From positions 1-54,593 of the forward strand of contig JAKFCT010000036.1 of the NCBI GenBank assembly GCA_036676495.1: a DNA stretch of 54,593 nucleotides, in the 5' to 3' direction. The position numbers were made by a program, and so were the translations under genes. Below the pieces are notes generated by a model. It worked only from the letters and a program-made list of their open reading frames with translations, made no database searches and had not been told where the DNA came from. The stretch comes from Candidatus Sericytochromatia bacterium (GTDB lineage Bacteria; Cyanobacteriota; Sericytochromatia; S15B-MN24; UBA4093). This document shows, one piece after another, positions 35,749-46,507 of this stretch. Position 1 is the first letter of the stretch. The number at the start of each line of letters is the position of its first letter.

Positions 35749-36828
35749 CTAGCAGCCCTCGACGGACGACTCCCTGCGGTAACGGGCGATCTGCGCGTGG
35801 TACAGGGCTTCCACCTCGGCCATGTTGGTCTCCCAGAGGGCTTTGCGCGCGATGATCTCGCGGTTCAGCCGCGCGGCATCTTCGCGGATTTCCGGATGCC
35901 CGAGGGCCCGGAGGATGGCGTCGGCCAAGGCCTCGATGGACCCATGCGCGATGATGGCACCGTTCTTGCCGTCATCGACCCATTCCCGGTTGGCGGGAAG
36001 GTCGGAGACGATGGGGTAGGCTCCCAGGGCCATGGCTTCCAGCAGGGTCACCGAGGTGGCATCCGACTCGGGAATCGAGACGTAGACGGCGCTCTCCCTC
36101 AAGAGCCGGTGCAGATCGCCCGGGCTCTGGAAGCCGATGAACTCCACCCGGTCCTTAAGGTTCAAGGTTTCCGCCAGGGCTTGAAGGGCGGGCAGCTCCG
36201 GCCCTCGATTGCCGATCAGGAGCCGGGCGCTCGGATCGCGCTGGGCCACCGTTTGAAAGGCCTGGATGAGGCGATCGATGCGGAACTGGGGCTCCAGGTT
36301 GCGCAGGCTCACGACCAGCGGCCGGCGGGGCGCGTCTGCCGGGGCATTCAGCAGGCGTTGGTTCACTCCCAGGGGAATCGTCAGGGTCTTGGCGTGCCCT
36401 CCCATCTCGAGAATCGCGGCCGTCATGAACTCCGCATCCGAGGTGATGGCGTCGGCGCGCTCCAGCACCCAGCGGACGAGATGGCGCATGACGGCTGACT
36501 CGCGGGGGGTGACGAGGATGTCCGAGCCCCAGGCGGTCACGACGAAGGGCCGTAGGCCGCTGAGCGCTCCCAGGAAGCCGTAGCTGGTCGCGTAGTGCGC
36601 ATGCAGCAGATCGGGGCGAATCGTCTTCACGAGGCGTCGGACCCGGGGAATGGCGGCCAGGTAGTCCAGCTTGTTTCCGAAGCGTCGCGCGAGCCGGTGC
36701 TCCTGAACTCCCGGCACGCCGGAGGGCTCCAGGGAAATCACATGGACCTCATGGCCTTGCTCGGCGAAATGGCTCAGCCAGCGCCGCGTGTGAACGCTGC
36801 CGCCGTCGGCCAGGTAACAAAGCCTCAT
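35749..36828 (-). CDS. Family 4 glycosyltransferase
   Basis: SVHTRRW, HAHYATSYG, WGSD and LLEAMALG. Confidence 0.88.
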   Translation of the reverse strand: MRLCYLADGGSVHTRRWLSHFAEQGHEVHVISLEPSGVPGVQEHRLARRFGNKLDYLAAIPRVRRLVKTIRPDLLHAHYATSYGFLGALSGLRPFVVTAWGSDILVTPRESAVMRHLVRWVLERADAITSDAEFMTAAILEMGGHAKTLTIPLGVNQRLLNAPADAPRRPLVVSLRNLEPQFRIDRLIQAFQTVAQRDPSARLLIGNRGPELPALQALAETLNLKDRVEFIGFQSPGDLHRLLRESAVYVSIPESDATSVTLLEAMALGAYPIVSDLPANREWVDDGKNGAIIAHGSIEALADAILRALGHPEIREDAARLNREIIARKALWETNMAEVEALYHAQIARYRRESSVEGC

Positions 36829-38042
36829 GAGCGGATCCGATCGAAAACCTCGGCCAGCGCCTGAGCCTGGAGGCGGCGGTCGTAGCGCGCGATCCGGTCG
36901 GGGAGCGGCTGGCAGAGCGGCTCGCCCTCCTGCCAGAGCCGATAGCAGCGGGCGAAGGCGTCGGCGACGTGATCCGGGTCGTTGACGGTGATGCCGCACT
37001 GCGTCTCGCGAATCACCTGGTCGGCCTCGGCGCCGGCTGGGAAGAGTCCCAGGACGGGCCGCCCGGAGGCCATGTACTCGAAGAGCTTCACGGGGATCCC
37101 GGCCATCATCCAGGAGGGGTAGCTGAGCAGGAGGAGGTCGGCCCTTTGCAACTGACTCGGAATCTCGGCATGGGGGATGAAGTCCATGGTTTCGATCGGG
37201 AAGGCGAAGGGGGAGTCTCCATGGTGGGAGCGCATCCAGGCGCTAATGGCGCCGATCATGCGCACCCGAAAACGAGCCTCGGGGTTTTGCTTGGCGAATC
37301 GGTCGAGACCTTCGAGCAGGGTCATCGGGTTGTACTCGCCGTAGGCGGAGCCCGTGAAGAGCAGGGTCATGGTCTCGTTCTGCGGCGGAGGAGCCTTTGG
37401 GAACTCCTCGGGGTCAAAGCCGTTGGTGATGGCCGTGACCCGCTCCGGCGCCACGGCGAAATCTCGGAGGAGGTCGGCGCGCATGGCCTCCGTGACGGTC
37501 AGGACATGATCGGCCTTGGAGAGGATCCGGGATTCCGCGCGCCGGTCCCAACCCCGGCGCCAGGGTTGGACGCGATGCAGCGAGCGATTCTGAGACCAGG
37601 GATCCCGGAAGTCCGCCACCCAGGGCAAGGCGAGCTCACGCTGGAGCGTCTCGGCGATCAGGTGGACGGAGTACGGAGGGGCCGAGGAGTAGATGAGATC
37701 GTAGGATCGTTCCTTGGCCATTTCCAGGCCGAGGCGCACGGCATGGGGCTTCCAGAGTGCCGCGGCATCCGGCCACAACAGCAGGCGCCAGTACTTGAGC
37801 AACGGCAGCCGATCGAGCTTCATGAAACGCGTTTCCGCCGTCGCCGCTGCCCGGACGCGGGTTTCCGCGGGGACGTCCTCGGCGAGCGAGGGATCGAGCT
37901 TGAGGCCGATTTTCGGATCGACCGTCAGGACGTCCACGTCCCAGCCGAATTGACGGAGGTACTTGGCGAACTTCAGCGGGCGCTGGGCACCGACGCCCCC
38001 GAGGGGAGGGAAGTAGTAGCAGACGAAGAGCGCGCGCTTCAT
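36825..38042 (-). CDS. Family 4 glycosyltransferase
   Basis: YYFPPLGGVG, WVADFRDPW, ITNGFD and KLFEYMASGRP. Confidence 0.88.
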   Translation of the reverse strand: MKRALFVCYYFPPLGGVGAQRPLKFAKYLRQFGWDVDVLTVDPKIGLKLDPSLAEDVPAETRVRAAATAETRFMKLDRLPLLKYWRLLLWPDAAALWKPHAVRLGLEMAKERSYDLIYSSAPPYSVHLIAETLQRELALPWVADFRDPWSQNRSLHRVQPWRRGWDRRAESRILSKADHVLTVTEAMRADLLRDFAVAPERVTAITNGFDPEEFPKAPPPQNETMTLLFTGSAYGEYNPMTLLEGLDRFAKQNPEARFRVRMIGAISAWMRSHHGDSPFAFPIETMDFIPHAEIPSQLQRADLLLLSYPSWMMAGIPVKLFEYMASGRPVLGLFPAGAEADQVIRETQCGITVNDPDHVADAFARCYRLWQEGEPLCQPLPDRIARYDRRLQAQALAEVFDRIRS

Positions 38043-38827
38043 GGCGTGCGGCGTTCGTAGGCTGCGAGCAGCCAGAAAGGTTCACTGGGCACGGTCAGCC
38101 GGTAAAGCAGGTTCAGGGCATCGGCGCAGCGGCCCAAGGCCTGGCGCGGCAGGCTGCGCCGCGCGGCCGTGATGGCGTGATCGCAGCGGGGGCAGTGCAG
38201 GTCCTCGGGCACGAACCAGTGCTGGCCCCAGCGTTGGCGCATGGAGTCGAGGGAGGGATGGGTCGGAACCTCGCGGACTCCGCAGGTCCGGGTCTGCCGT
38301 CGCTGGAACTCCGGGAAGAGGGCATCGAGGCGCTCCGGGGTGAAGGAGTGCTGGTGCAGGTAGGCGTGGAATTCGAGCCCGCATGCGGGGCAGCGACTGA
38401 AGCGCTTGCGCAGGTACTCGCGGTTCGGCACGGCCAAGAGGAGGTGGCGTCGGGCAATCCGGCTCAGCTCGCGGCTCGCACCGGCGAGAACGGCGTCCGG
38501 CAAGTGCTCGAGGAGTTCGCTGGAGAGCACCATGTCGAAGCTTCGGTCGGGCACGGGGATCTGATCGGCGCTGGCGCAAATCGAGGGCCCGTCGAGGTGA
38601 GTGAGGGCGGCCGGGCTGCGGTCGACTCCCGTGACGGCGTAGTGCTTTCCCAGGGCGTTGGTGATCAGGCCGTTGCCGCAGCCGACGTCGAGGATCGTGC
38701 CGACGTCGGACGGGATCAGCCCCTCCATGAGGCGGATCTTCTCTTCGAGCGAGGCGGACATCTTCAGGCGGTTCGCCTGCCAGTGACGTTCGTAGTAGTC
38801 CGGGCTATCGACGGGCGGGTGGCTCAT
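38039..38827 (-). CDS. Class I SAM methyltransferase with two CxxC pairs
   Basis: ILDVGCGNG, FDMVLSSELLEH, CPAC and CPRC. Confidence 0.85.
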   Translation of the reverse strand: MSHPPVDSPDYYERHWQANRLKMSASLEEKIRLMEGLIPSDVGTILDVGCGNGLITNALGKHYAVTGVDRSPAALTHLDGPSICASADQIPVPDRSFDMVLSSELLEHLPDAVLAGASRELSRIARRHLLLAVPNREYLRKRFSRCPACGLEFHAYLHQHSFTPERLDALFPEFQRRQTRTCGVREVPTHPSLDSMRQRWGQHWFVPEDLHCPRCDHAITAARRSLPRQALGRCADALNLLYRLTVPSEPFWLLAAYERRTP

Positions 38828-40290
38828 GAGCTCCTCTCGGGGCCAAGGTTCAAGATGCGCGGCATGTCCGCGAGCCGCAATCGGCCCAGCGCCGAGGCCA
38901 AGAGCAGGTACGTCGTTCCGAAGAGGGCCAGGCTCAGCATGATCTCGACGAGGCCCCCCAGCGACGGCATGACACGGGTGGCTGCCCAGGTGACCGCACC
39001 TGCGAGCAGGGCGGGAACGGCGTTTCCGAGCAGCAGGCGCCACGGCACGAGCGCTCCGAGGGAAACCGCCAGTTCTCGGCGCAGCAGGATCAGATAATAC
39101 CCGATCAGTGCCAGCGTCGCGAGCACCGAGCCGGCCGCCGCGCCGGGAAGGCCCCAGACGTGGAGTCCCAGGCCCGTGAAGAGCAGGTTGGCGACGAGGT
39201 ACATGACCGAACCCGCCAGGTTGAGGTGCGTTCGGCCCGTCGCCTGGAAGATCAAACCGTAGGTCGCGATGCGCAGGGGCATGAGCAGCAGGTAGATCCG
39301 GAACAACATGACGCTATCGGCGTAGCGGGGTGAGAACACGAGCGGGATGAGCGTTCCGGCTTCGAGCATGAGGTAGACGAAGAGCGGGAAGTAGACCAGG
39401 CTGAGGCCCCCCATGGCCGCGTGCCAGCGCGTCAGGATTCCGGGAGTGTCGCCCTGGCGGTGCAGCTTGGCGAACTCGGGGGTGAGGACGTTGTTGACCG
39501 CGCCGCTGAGGGCCGCGATGAAGGGAATCTCGGTGGCGCCCACCACGTAGACGGCATAGGCGCCGGGCTCCACTCCCGTGCCGACCAGGAGCTTGTCCAT
39601 TTGCCATGACAGCGTCCCGACGATCGAGGTGAGTCCCAGGGGCAAGGCGTAGCGGAGCTGTTCGGGGAGCGTGATGGAGCCGCCGCCAAGACGCGGCTTG
39701 CCGATGAGCGTGGTGAGCAAGACCAGGGAGACCGCCCACATGAGCAGTCCGGCGGCACTCCACGCGGCGATCAGGGCTTCCAGCTGCGGCGACAGCCATG
39801 CCGCGCCTCCGATCAGGAGGAAGTTCGCCAAGCTGGCCGTGAGGGTGAAGCCGGCGGCGAGGCGGGAGCGTCCGAGGGCGATCGCCGCCGAAAGGAAGTA
39901 GCTCGTCCCCACCGTGGCCATGACCGACGGCGCGAACCACGGTGCCAAGCTGGCCAGGTCCGGGTTGTGAAAGGCCTGCGCCAAGGCGAAGCGGGCCAGG
40001 ACCAGGCAGCCTGCGGCAAATCCGCCCGCCGCGGCCAGCAGGCCCACCGTGCGCCAGAGAAAGGCCGCGCGCTTCTCGCCCTCCAGGTTGGGCACGAAGT
40101 AAAGCAGGCTGGCGGGAAGGGCCACCGAGAAGAGCAAGGTCGAGAGCGTCGAGACCAGCAGCAATTGCTGGTAACTGCCGTAATCCGCGGCGGAGAACGT
40201 GCGGGCCAGCAGGATTCCCAGCACGAGCGCCGTGATCTGGGAGGCGACGGAGCCGAAGGTGAGAATCAGGACGTTGCGGATGGTGGCCAT
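38824..40290 (-). CDS. wzx: Oligosaccharide flippase (Wzx/MOP family)
   Basis: About 14 TM segments, LARTFS..DYG and MDKLLV; start MATIRNVL lies inside the longer listed ORF. Confidence 0.85.
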   Translation of the reverse strand: MATIRNVLILTFGSVASQITALVLGILLARTFSAADYGSYQQLLLVSTLSTLLFSVALPASLLYFVPNLEGEKRAAFLWRTVGLLAAAGGFAAGCLVLARFALAQAFHNPDLASLAPWFAPSVMATVGTSYFLSAAIALGRSRLAAGFTLTASLANFLLIGGAAWLSPQLEALIAAWSAAGLLMWAVSLVLLTTLIGKPRLGGGSITLPEQLRYALPLGLTSIVGTLSWQMDKLLVGTGVEPGAYAVYVVGATEIPFIAALSGAVNNVLTPEFAKLHRQGDTPGILTRWHAAMGGLSLVYFPLFVYLMLEAGTLIPLVFSPRYADSVMLFRIYLLLMPLRIATYGLIFQATGRTHLNLAGSVMYLVANLLFTGLGLHVWGLPGAAAGSVLATLALIGYYLILLRRELAVSLGALVPWRLLLGNAVPALLAGAVTWAATRVMPSLGGLVEIMLSLALFGTTYLLLASALGRLRLADMPRILNLGPERSS

Positions 40291-40404
40291 GGCAACGTTG
40301 TACCCGCCCCGGAGGCGAACGGAACGGTCGCGATCCCGCTTCAGGAACGGTATAATGGCGGCAATGCTTGAAGCCTTGCCGATCCCGACCTTGAAGGAGA
40401 CCCC

Positions 40405-41499
40405 ATGAGCGGAGTTCTCGCCCTGTTGGCGGATGTCCAGGATCCTGCCGTGATCCGCGGGGCGTCGGAAATGAGCCGCCGGGGCTGGCGCGTGCATGTC
40501 CTTTCGCTGCGCATGGGGGGCATCCCGGGAGTCGAGGTCCATGCGCTGATGCCTCGCCTCGCCGGTCAGCTGGGGAGGGCCATGGTCGGCCGACAGATCC
40601 GAGGTCTCCTGGACCAGCTGCAGCCCGACGTGGTGCATGTTTTCGGCGGCAGCGCCTACGGGGCGCTCGCCCGACATGCCGATGGGTATCCCGTCGTCAT
40701 CTCGGTCTCCTCGGAGGATGTCCGCATCCTGCATCACTGGGAGCCTTTCCGGCGGCGCGAGCTGATCCGGACCTTGAGCGAAGCCGATCGGCTGCTCACG
40801 CCCAGCTACGCCATGTCCCACATGGTGGCGACCCAGCTTCCCGGCCCCAAGCCCGAGGTGATTCCCTTCGGAGTGGACCTCTCGCGCTTCACGCCGGGCG
40901 AAGAGCCGGAAGTGCCGACCATCGGTTGCTCGCTTCCGCTGGAGCCCGAGGGGGGCCAGGAGTACCTGCTCTGCGCGCTGAGGCTGATCGTCCAGCGCAA
41001 CCCCGATCGCCCGCTGCGACTGGTGCTCGGCGGAGAAGGGGCGGAATTGGGCGCCCTGGACACCCTGTCCCGAGACCTGTCGATGGCGACCCGCACCTCG
41101 TTCGTCGGCTTCATCCCTCCCGAGGAGACCCCGAGATTCCTTCGAGGCCTCACGCTCTACGTCATGCCCGTCCTGAGGGATCTCGAAGGCTACGCCCAGA
41201 CGGCGATGGAGGCGGCCTCCTGCGCCCTGCCCGTGGTGGCCAGCTGGGTCGGCGGCCTGGGGGAAGTGGTCCTCGACGAGGTGAACGGCCTGCTCGTGCC
41301 GCCCAAGGATCCCGAATCGCTCGCTGATGCGATCGAGCGCCTGCTCGACGATTCGAGCCTGCGGGCCGAGATGGGCGCCAATGGCCGATCCTTGATCCGG
41401 GGCAGCTACGACTGGCGCCAGAACGCCGATCAGCTGGAGGCGTTGTATCAGGGGCTCGTCGAGGAGCAGCCTCAGACCCATGACTATCTTATTGATTAA
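40405..41499 (+). CDS. Family 4 glycosyltransferase
   Basis: IPFGVD, EGYAQTAMEA (EX7E), LPVVAS.VGG and NGLLVPP. Confidence 0.82.
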   Translation: MSGVLALLADVQDPAVIRGASEMSRRGWRVHVLSLRMGGIPGVEVHALMPRLAGQLGRAMVGRQIRGLLDQLQPDVVHVFGGSAYGALARHADGYPVVISVSSEDVRILHHWEPFRRRELIRTLSEADRLLTPSYAMSHMVATQLPGPKPEVIPFGVDLSRFTPGEEPEVPTIGCSLPLEPEGGQEYLLCALRLIVQRNPDRPLRLVLGGEGAELGALDTLSRDLSMATRTSFVGFIPPEETPRFLRGLTLYVMPVLRDLEGYAQTAMEAASCALPVVASWVGGLGEVVLDEVNGLLVPPKDPESLADAIERLLDDSSLRAEMGANGRSLIRGSYDWRQNADQLEALYQGLVEEQPQTHDYLID

Positions 41500-42736
41500 C
41501 CACTACGCGGGGAGCCCCGCGCACGGCATGGAGCATCGCCCCTTCTACATGGCCCGCGAGTGGGTCAGGGCCGGCCATGACGTCACCATTCTCGCCGCCA
41601 CTCACTCCCACCTTCGCACTCAGAACCCTGCTGCCGGTGAGGAGATCATCCAGGGCATTCGTTACCGTTTTCTCGACACGCCCTCCTACCAGGGGAACGG
41701 TCTCGGCCGCGTCCGCAACATGCTGGCCTTCGTGAGCAGCGTCTGGCGTCAGGCCCGCCGCCTCGCCGACGAGCTGAAGCCGGACATCGTGATCGCCTCC
41801 TCGACCTATCCGCTCGACATCTACCCGGCCCGCCGGATCGCCCGCCTGGCCAAGAAGCAAGGCGCCAAGACGCATGGCGCCGGGACGCATCGCGCCAAGG
41901 CCCGCCTCATCTACGAGGTGCATGACCTCTGGCCCCTCTCCCCCATGGAACTGGGCAACATCCCCGCCTGGCACCCCTTCATCATGGGGATGCAGAAGGC
42001 CGAGAACGACGCCTACCGCTCCGTCGACCGGGTCGTCTCCATGCTCCCCAAGGCCGAGGCGCACATGCGCGCGCACGGCATGGCCCCTGAGAAGTTCGCG
42101 TACCTGCCCAACGGGATCGATGTCTCGGAGTGGAAGGAGGCCACGGAGCCCCTTCCTGCGCTTCACCGGGAGGCGCTCGAGGGCCTCCGGGCACAGGGAC
42201 GCTTTATCGTGGGTTATGCCGGGTCGCATGGGGTCGCCAACGCCCTTCACCACCTGATCGATGCCGCCTGCCTCCTCGCGGGCCAGCCGGTGACGCTGGT
42301 CCTGGTGGGCCAAGGTCCAGAGAAGGACGCCTTGCAAAGCCGGGCGATGGGGGTGGATAATGTCGTGTTCCTGCCGCCTTTGGCCAAGGGGGCCGTTCCC
42401 GCCCTGCTGGACGCCATGGACGCCTTGTACCTGGGCTGGAATCGGGTCCCGCTCTATCGGTTCGGCATCAGTCCCAACAAGCTGATGGACTACATGATGG
42501 CCGCCAAACCGGTGATTCACTCGGTGGAGGCGGGGAACGATCCGGTGGCTGAAAGCGCGTGCGGCCTGTCGGTGCCTCCCGAGGATCCGGAGGCGATCGC
42601 CCGGGCCATCACGCAGATGATGGCCACCGACCCCGCGGAGCGTGCGGCGATGGGAGCCCGCGGTCGCGCCTTCGTGGTGGATCAGCACGATTACCGGGTC
42701 CTGGCCCAGCGGTTCCTGGAGGTGATGGAGGCATGA
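41480..42736 (+). CDS. Family 4 glycosyltransferase (WbuB/WlbE-like)
   Basis: LINHYAGSP.HGME.RP, YEVHDLWP and SPNKLMDYM. Confidence 0.88.
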   Translation: MTILLINHYAGSPAHGMEHRPFYMAREWVRAGHDVTILAATHSHLRTQNPAAGEEIIQGIRYRFLDTPSYQGNGLGRVRNMLAFVSSVWRQARRLADELKPDIVIASSTYPLDIYPARRIARLAKKQGAKTHGAGTHRAKARLIYEVHDLWPLSPMELGNIPAWHPFIMGMQKAENDAYRSVDRVVSMLPKAEAHMRAHGMAPEKFAYLPNGIDVSEWKEATEPLPALHREALEGLRAQGRFIVGYAGSHGVANALHHLIDAACLLAGQPVTLVLVGQGPEKDALQSRAMGVDNVVFLPPLAKGAVPALLDAMDALYLGWNRVPLYRFGISPNKLMDYMMAAKPVIHSVEAGNDPVAESACGLSVPPEDPEAIARAITQMMATDPAERAAMGARGRAFVVDQHDYRVLAQRFLEVMEA

Positions 42737-43455
42737 CCATGTCCGATGAACAATCGCGCATCGCGCAGGTCTACTCCGAACGCGCCCGCCGCTTGCCGGC
42801 CGGTTACTACTCGCCGTTTCACCCGGGGAACCTCTTCATCACCCAGGGCCGCGAGCGCGCCATGCTGCGTCACCTCGCCAGAGCCGGCTGCGAGGACCTT
42901 TCCGGCCTTCGGATCCTCGACCTGGGCTGCGGCTTCGGAGGGGACCTCCGCCACATGCTGGACCTGGGAGCGCAGCCCGACAACCTCTTCGGCGTGGACC
43001 TCCTCCCCGAGCGGCTCGAGCGCGCCCGCCAACTGGCGCCCCAGCTCAACTTCCAGCTGGCCGACGCCCAGCAGCTCCCGTTTCCCGACGCGAGTTTCGA
43101 CCTCGTCATGCAGGCCACCGTCTTCAGCTCCATCGTCGATCCCGACGTGCGCCGCCAAGTGGCCCACGAAATCACGCGCGTGCTCCGTCCCGGCGGCCTC
43201 ATGCTCTGGTACGACATGCGCCTCACGAACCCCAAGAACCCCAACCTGGTTCCCATGACCTCCGCCGAGATCGCGGGCCTCTTTCCCGAGTTCGCCCGGC
43301 GCCTGGAATCCGTCACCCTCTTCCCCCCGCTATCACGGCGTCTCGCCCGCCTCTCCTGGAGCCTCTGCACGCTCATGGAGACCCTCCCCTTCCTGCGGAG
43401 CCACCTCATCGGGACCTTCCGGAAGCCCGGGGGCAGTGAGGAGCGGCCCGCGTGA
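42733..43455 (+). CDS. Class I SAM methyltransferase
   Basis: ILDLGCGFG, FPDASFDLV and RVLRPGG; overlaps both neighbouring genes. Confidence 0.88.
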   Translation: MTMSDEQSRIAQVYSERARRLPAGYYSPFHPGNLFITQGRERAMLRHLARAGCEDLSGLRILDLGCGFGGDLRHMLDLGAQPDNLFGVDLLPERLERARQLAPQLNFQLADAQQLPFPDASFDLVMQATVFSSIVDPDVRRQVAHEITRVLRPGGLMLWYDMRLTNPKNPNLVPMTSAEIAGLFPEFARRLESVTLFPPLSRRLARLSWSLCTLMETLPFLRSHLIGTFRKPGGSEERPA

Positions 43456-45335
43456 TAACCCTTCGAACCTCCCTCTTGCGCCTGATCCCCCCGGTGCTCG
43501 ACCTCGTGGTCGTCGCCCTGGCCTACTGGCTCGCCTTCTGGCTGCGCTTCGAAGGGGACGTTCACGTCGCGCATATCCACCAGTTCTGGCTCTTCTTCCT
43601 GGCGGTCCCGGCGCTTCGCCTCGCCTTCAACTTCGCCTGGGGGCTCTACCGCCATGTCTGGCGCTACCTGGGCGTCCGCGAGGCGATGGCCATCGCAATG
43701 TCCACGGCCACGGGCACCTTCGCCTTTGCGTTTTTGCTGTATTTGACGTCAAACGCCAGTTTCCCGCGATCCATCGTCGCGATCGAGGCCGTCTTCAGCC
43801 TGGTCCTGATGGGGGGGACCCGCTTCCTCCTGCGGTACTGGCACGAGATGCACCCCGTTTCGCATCCCGGCGAATCGACCCGGGTGCTGGTCATCGGGGC
43901 CGGGGACGCCGGAGAGATGCTCGTGCGCGACATGCTGCGCCAGCCCGAGCGCGGCCTGCGCCCCGTGGGCTTCCTGGACGATCACGCCGACAAGCGCGGC
44001 ATGCGGATTCACGGCGTGCCGGTCGTGGGCGATCGCCACGCCCTCCCCGATGCCGTCTCCCGCCTCGGCGTCGACCTGATCGTGCTCGCCATGCCCTCGG
44101 CCCCCGCCAAGGAGCAGCGCGACATCCTCCAGCGCTGCGCCGCCACCCCCGCCAAGGTCCAGATCGTCCCCGCCCTGCAATCGATCATCACCGGGGAAGT
44201 CGCCATCAGCCACCTCCGCGACATCCAGATCGAGGATCTCCTGGGCCGCGACCCCGTCGTGATCGACTCCTCGCTCCTCGGCTACCTGAAGGGCAAGCGC
44301 GTCATGGTCACCGGTGCCGGAGGCTCCATCGGCTCGGAACTCTGCCGCCAGATCGTGACGCTGGGCGCCGAATCCCTGATCATGCTCGACCATCACGAGT
44401 ACGCGGTCTACCAGATCGACCAGGAGCTCCAGGCCCTCGCCCCCCAGGGCGTCTCGCTCGTCCCGGTGGTGGCCGACGTCCGCGACGACGGCCGCATCCG
44501 CAAGGTCCTCGCGGCGCAGCGCCCTGAGATCGTCTTTCACGCCGCCGCCCACAAGCACGTTCCCTTGATGGAGGCCAGCCCCGCCGAGGCCGCCCAGAAC
44601 AACGTCCTGGGGACCCTCGCCCTCGCGACGGCCGCTCAGGAGGCAGGCGTGGAAAGCTTCTTGCTGGTCTCGACGGACAAGGCGGTCCGCCCCAGCTCGA
44701 TCATGGGCAAGACCAAGCGTCTCGCGGAGCTGGCGCTGCAGGACCTGGCCGCCCGGCATCCCGGCGGGACCAAGTTCCTGGCGGTGCGCTTCGGCAACGT
44801 GCTCGGCAGCCGGGGCTCGGTGGTGCCGCTCTTCCGCGATCAGATCGCCAAGGGCGGTCCGATCACCGTCACGCATGCCGAGATGACCCGCTACTTCATG
44901 ACCATCCCCGAAGCCGTGACCCTGGTCCTGCAGACCGGGGCCTTGGGCCGCACCGGAGAGGTCCTGATGCTCGACATGGGAGAGCCCGTCCGGATCCTGG
45001 ATCTGGCCCGCAACATGATCAAGCTCTCGGGCCTGCGCGAGGAGGACGTCGAGATCGTCTTCACCGGCATGCGGCCCGGCGAGAAGCTCTACGAGGAGCT
45101 GCTGGTCACCACCGAGGGCACTCGTCCCACCGAGCATCCCCAGGTCTTCGCGGCCCGCTCCCCCAATCCCCCCGATCCCCGCTGGTGGAGCGGCGTGGTG
45201 GCGGGGATCCGCGCGGAGGTCGAACGCCACTCGGACGAGGGGATCCGCCATCTGCTCGAAGGGGCGATCGCCCATGACCAGGCCCGCCCCGCCTCATCCG
45301 AACCCCGACCCGTTTCCCAGGAGGGCTCCTTGTGA
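43452..45335 (+). CDS. Membrane UDP-GlcNAc 4,6-dehydratase (CapD/WbpM/PglF/WlbL family)
   Basis: Four TM segments, GAGDAG, TGAGGSIGSE, HAAAHKHVP, STDKAV, RFGNVLGS and GEKLYEEL. Confidence 0.93.
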   Translation: MITLRTSLLRLIPPVLDLVVVALAYWLAFWLRFEGDVHVAHIHQFWLFFLAVPALRLAFNFAWGLYRHVWRYLGVREAMAIAMSTATGTFAFAFLLYLTSNASFPRSIVAIEAVFSLVLMGGTRFLLRYWHEMHPVSHPGESTRVLVIGAGDAGEMLVRDMLRQPERGLRPVGFLDDHADKRGMRIHGVPVVGDRHALPDAVSRLGVDLIVLAMPSAPAKEQRDILQRCAATPAKVQIVPALQSIITGEVAISHLRDIQIEDLLGRDPVVIDSSLLGYLKGKRVMVTGAGGSIGSELCRQIVTLGAESLIMLDHHEYAVYQIDQELQALAPQGVSLVPVVADVRDDGRIRKVLAAQRPEIVFHAAAHKHVPLMEASPAEAAQNNVLGTLALATAAQEAGVESFLLVSTDKAVRPSSIMGKTKRLAELALQDLAARHPGGTKFLAVRFGNVLGSRGSVVPLFRDQIAKGGPITVTHAEMTRYFMTIPEAVTLVLQTGALGRTGEVLMLDMGEPVRILDLARNMIKLSGLREEDVEIVFTGMRPGEKLYEELLVTTEGTRPTEHPQVFAARSPNPPDPRWWSGVVAGIRAEVERHSDEGIRHLLEGAIAHDQARPASSEPRPVSQEGSL

Positions 45336-46507
45336 CCGAGACCGACCGCTACATCCCCTACGCCCTTCCCCTGATCGGGGAGGAGGAAATCCAAGCCGTC
45401 ACCGAGGTCCTGCGCTCCGACTGGATCACGACCGGCCCCAAGACCAAGCTTTTCGAGGCCGACTTCGCCCGCTTCGTGGGCGCCCCGCACGCGGTCGCCC
45501 TCAACTCCTGCACGGCCGCCCTGCACCTGGCCCTGCTGGCCGCGGGCGTCGGCCCCGGGGACGAGGTCATCACCACGCCTTTGACCTTCTGCGCGACGGT
45601 CAACACCATCCTTCACGTAGGAGCGACCCCCGTCCTCGCCGACATCGACCCGATTTCGCTCTGCCTCAGCCCTGAGGCCGTGGAAGCCCAGATCACGCCT
45701 CGTACCAAGGCGATCGTCCCGGTCCACTACGCGGGTCACCCGGCGGAGATGGATGCCTTCCTGGAGCTGGCGCGCCGGCACGGCCTCGCGATCATCGAGG
45801 ACGCCGCCCATGCCGTCGGGACGTCCTACCGGGGCCGGAAGGTCGGTTCGATCGGCGACTACACCGCCTTCTCCTTCTACGCCACCAAGAACCTGACCAC
45901 CGCCGAGGGCGGTATGCTCACGACGGCCCACGAAGAAGCCGCTGACCGGATCCGGGTGCTCGGCCTCCACGGCATCTCCCGCGATGCCTGGAAGCGCTAC
46001 ACGGCGGCGGGCTCCTGGTATTACGAGGTCCAGGAGGCCGGCTTCAAGTACAACATGACCGACATGGCCGCCGCCCTGGGTCTGGCGCAGCTCGCGCGCT
46101 TCGAGGCCATGCAGGCCGTCCGCCGCGACTACGCCGAGCGCTACAACCGGGCCTTCGCCTCGCATCCCGCTATTCAGCTTCCGCCCGCCGCCGACGAGGC
46201 CCGCGGCGACGTGCATGCCTGGCACCTCTACGTGATCCGCCTGAACCCCGAGGCGTTGACGATCGACCGCGACGGCCTGATCGACGAGCTCAAGCGCGCG
46301 GGCGTCGGCACCTCGGTGCATTTCATCCCCATCACCCATCATCCCTTCTATCAGCGGACGCTCGGTGTCTCCCCCGACGACACGCCGGTCGCGAGCGCGG
46401 CCTACGCCCGGATGCTCTCCTTGCCGCTCTACCCCAAGATGACCGAAGCGGACGTCTCGGAGGTGATCGCCCGGATGACGGCCATCCTGGACCGCCACCG
46501 CCGGTGA
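45332..46507 (+). CDS. DegT-family sugar 4-aminotransferase (WlbF/ArnB/PglE-like)
   Basis: WITTGPK, NSCTAALH, EDAAHA and SFYATKNLTTAEGG. Confidence 0.9.
   Translation: MTETDRYIPYALPLIGEEEIQAVTEVLRSDWITTGPKTKLFEADFARFVGAPHAVALNSCTAALHLALLAAGVGPGDEVITTPLTFCATVNTILHVGATPVLADIDPISLCLSPEAVEAQITPRTKAIVPVHYAGHPAEMDAFLELARRHGLAIIEDAAHAVGTSYRGRKVGSIGDYTAFSFYATKNLTTAEGGMLTTAHEEAADRIRVLGLHGISRDAWKRYTAAGSWYYEVQEAGFKYNMTDMAAALGLAQLARFEAMQAVRRDYAERYNRAFASHPAIQLPPAADEARGDVHAWHLYVIRLNPEALTIDRDGLIDELKRAGVGTSVHFIPITHHPFYQRTLGVSPDDTPVASAAYARMLSLPLYPKMTEADVSEVIARMTAILDRHRR

Noticed and set aside
40291-41481. N-terminal extension of the 885-aa flippase ORF
   Set aside because: Antisense to the GT4 at 40405; the flippase starts at 40290
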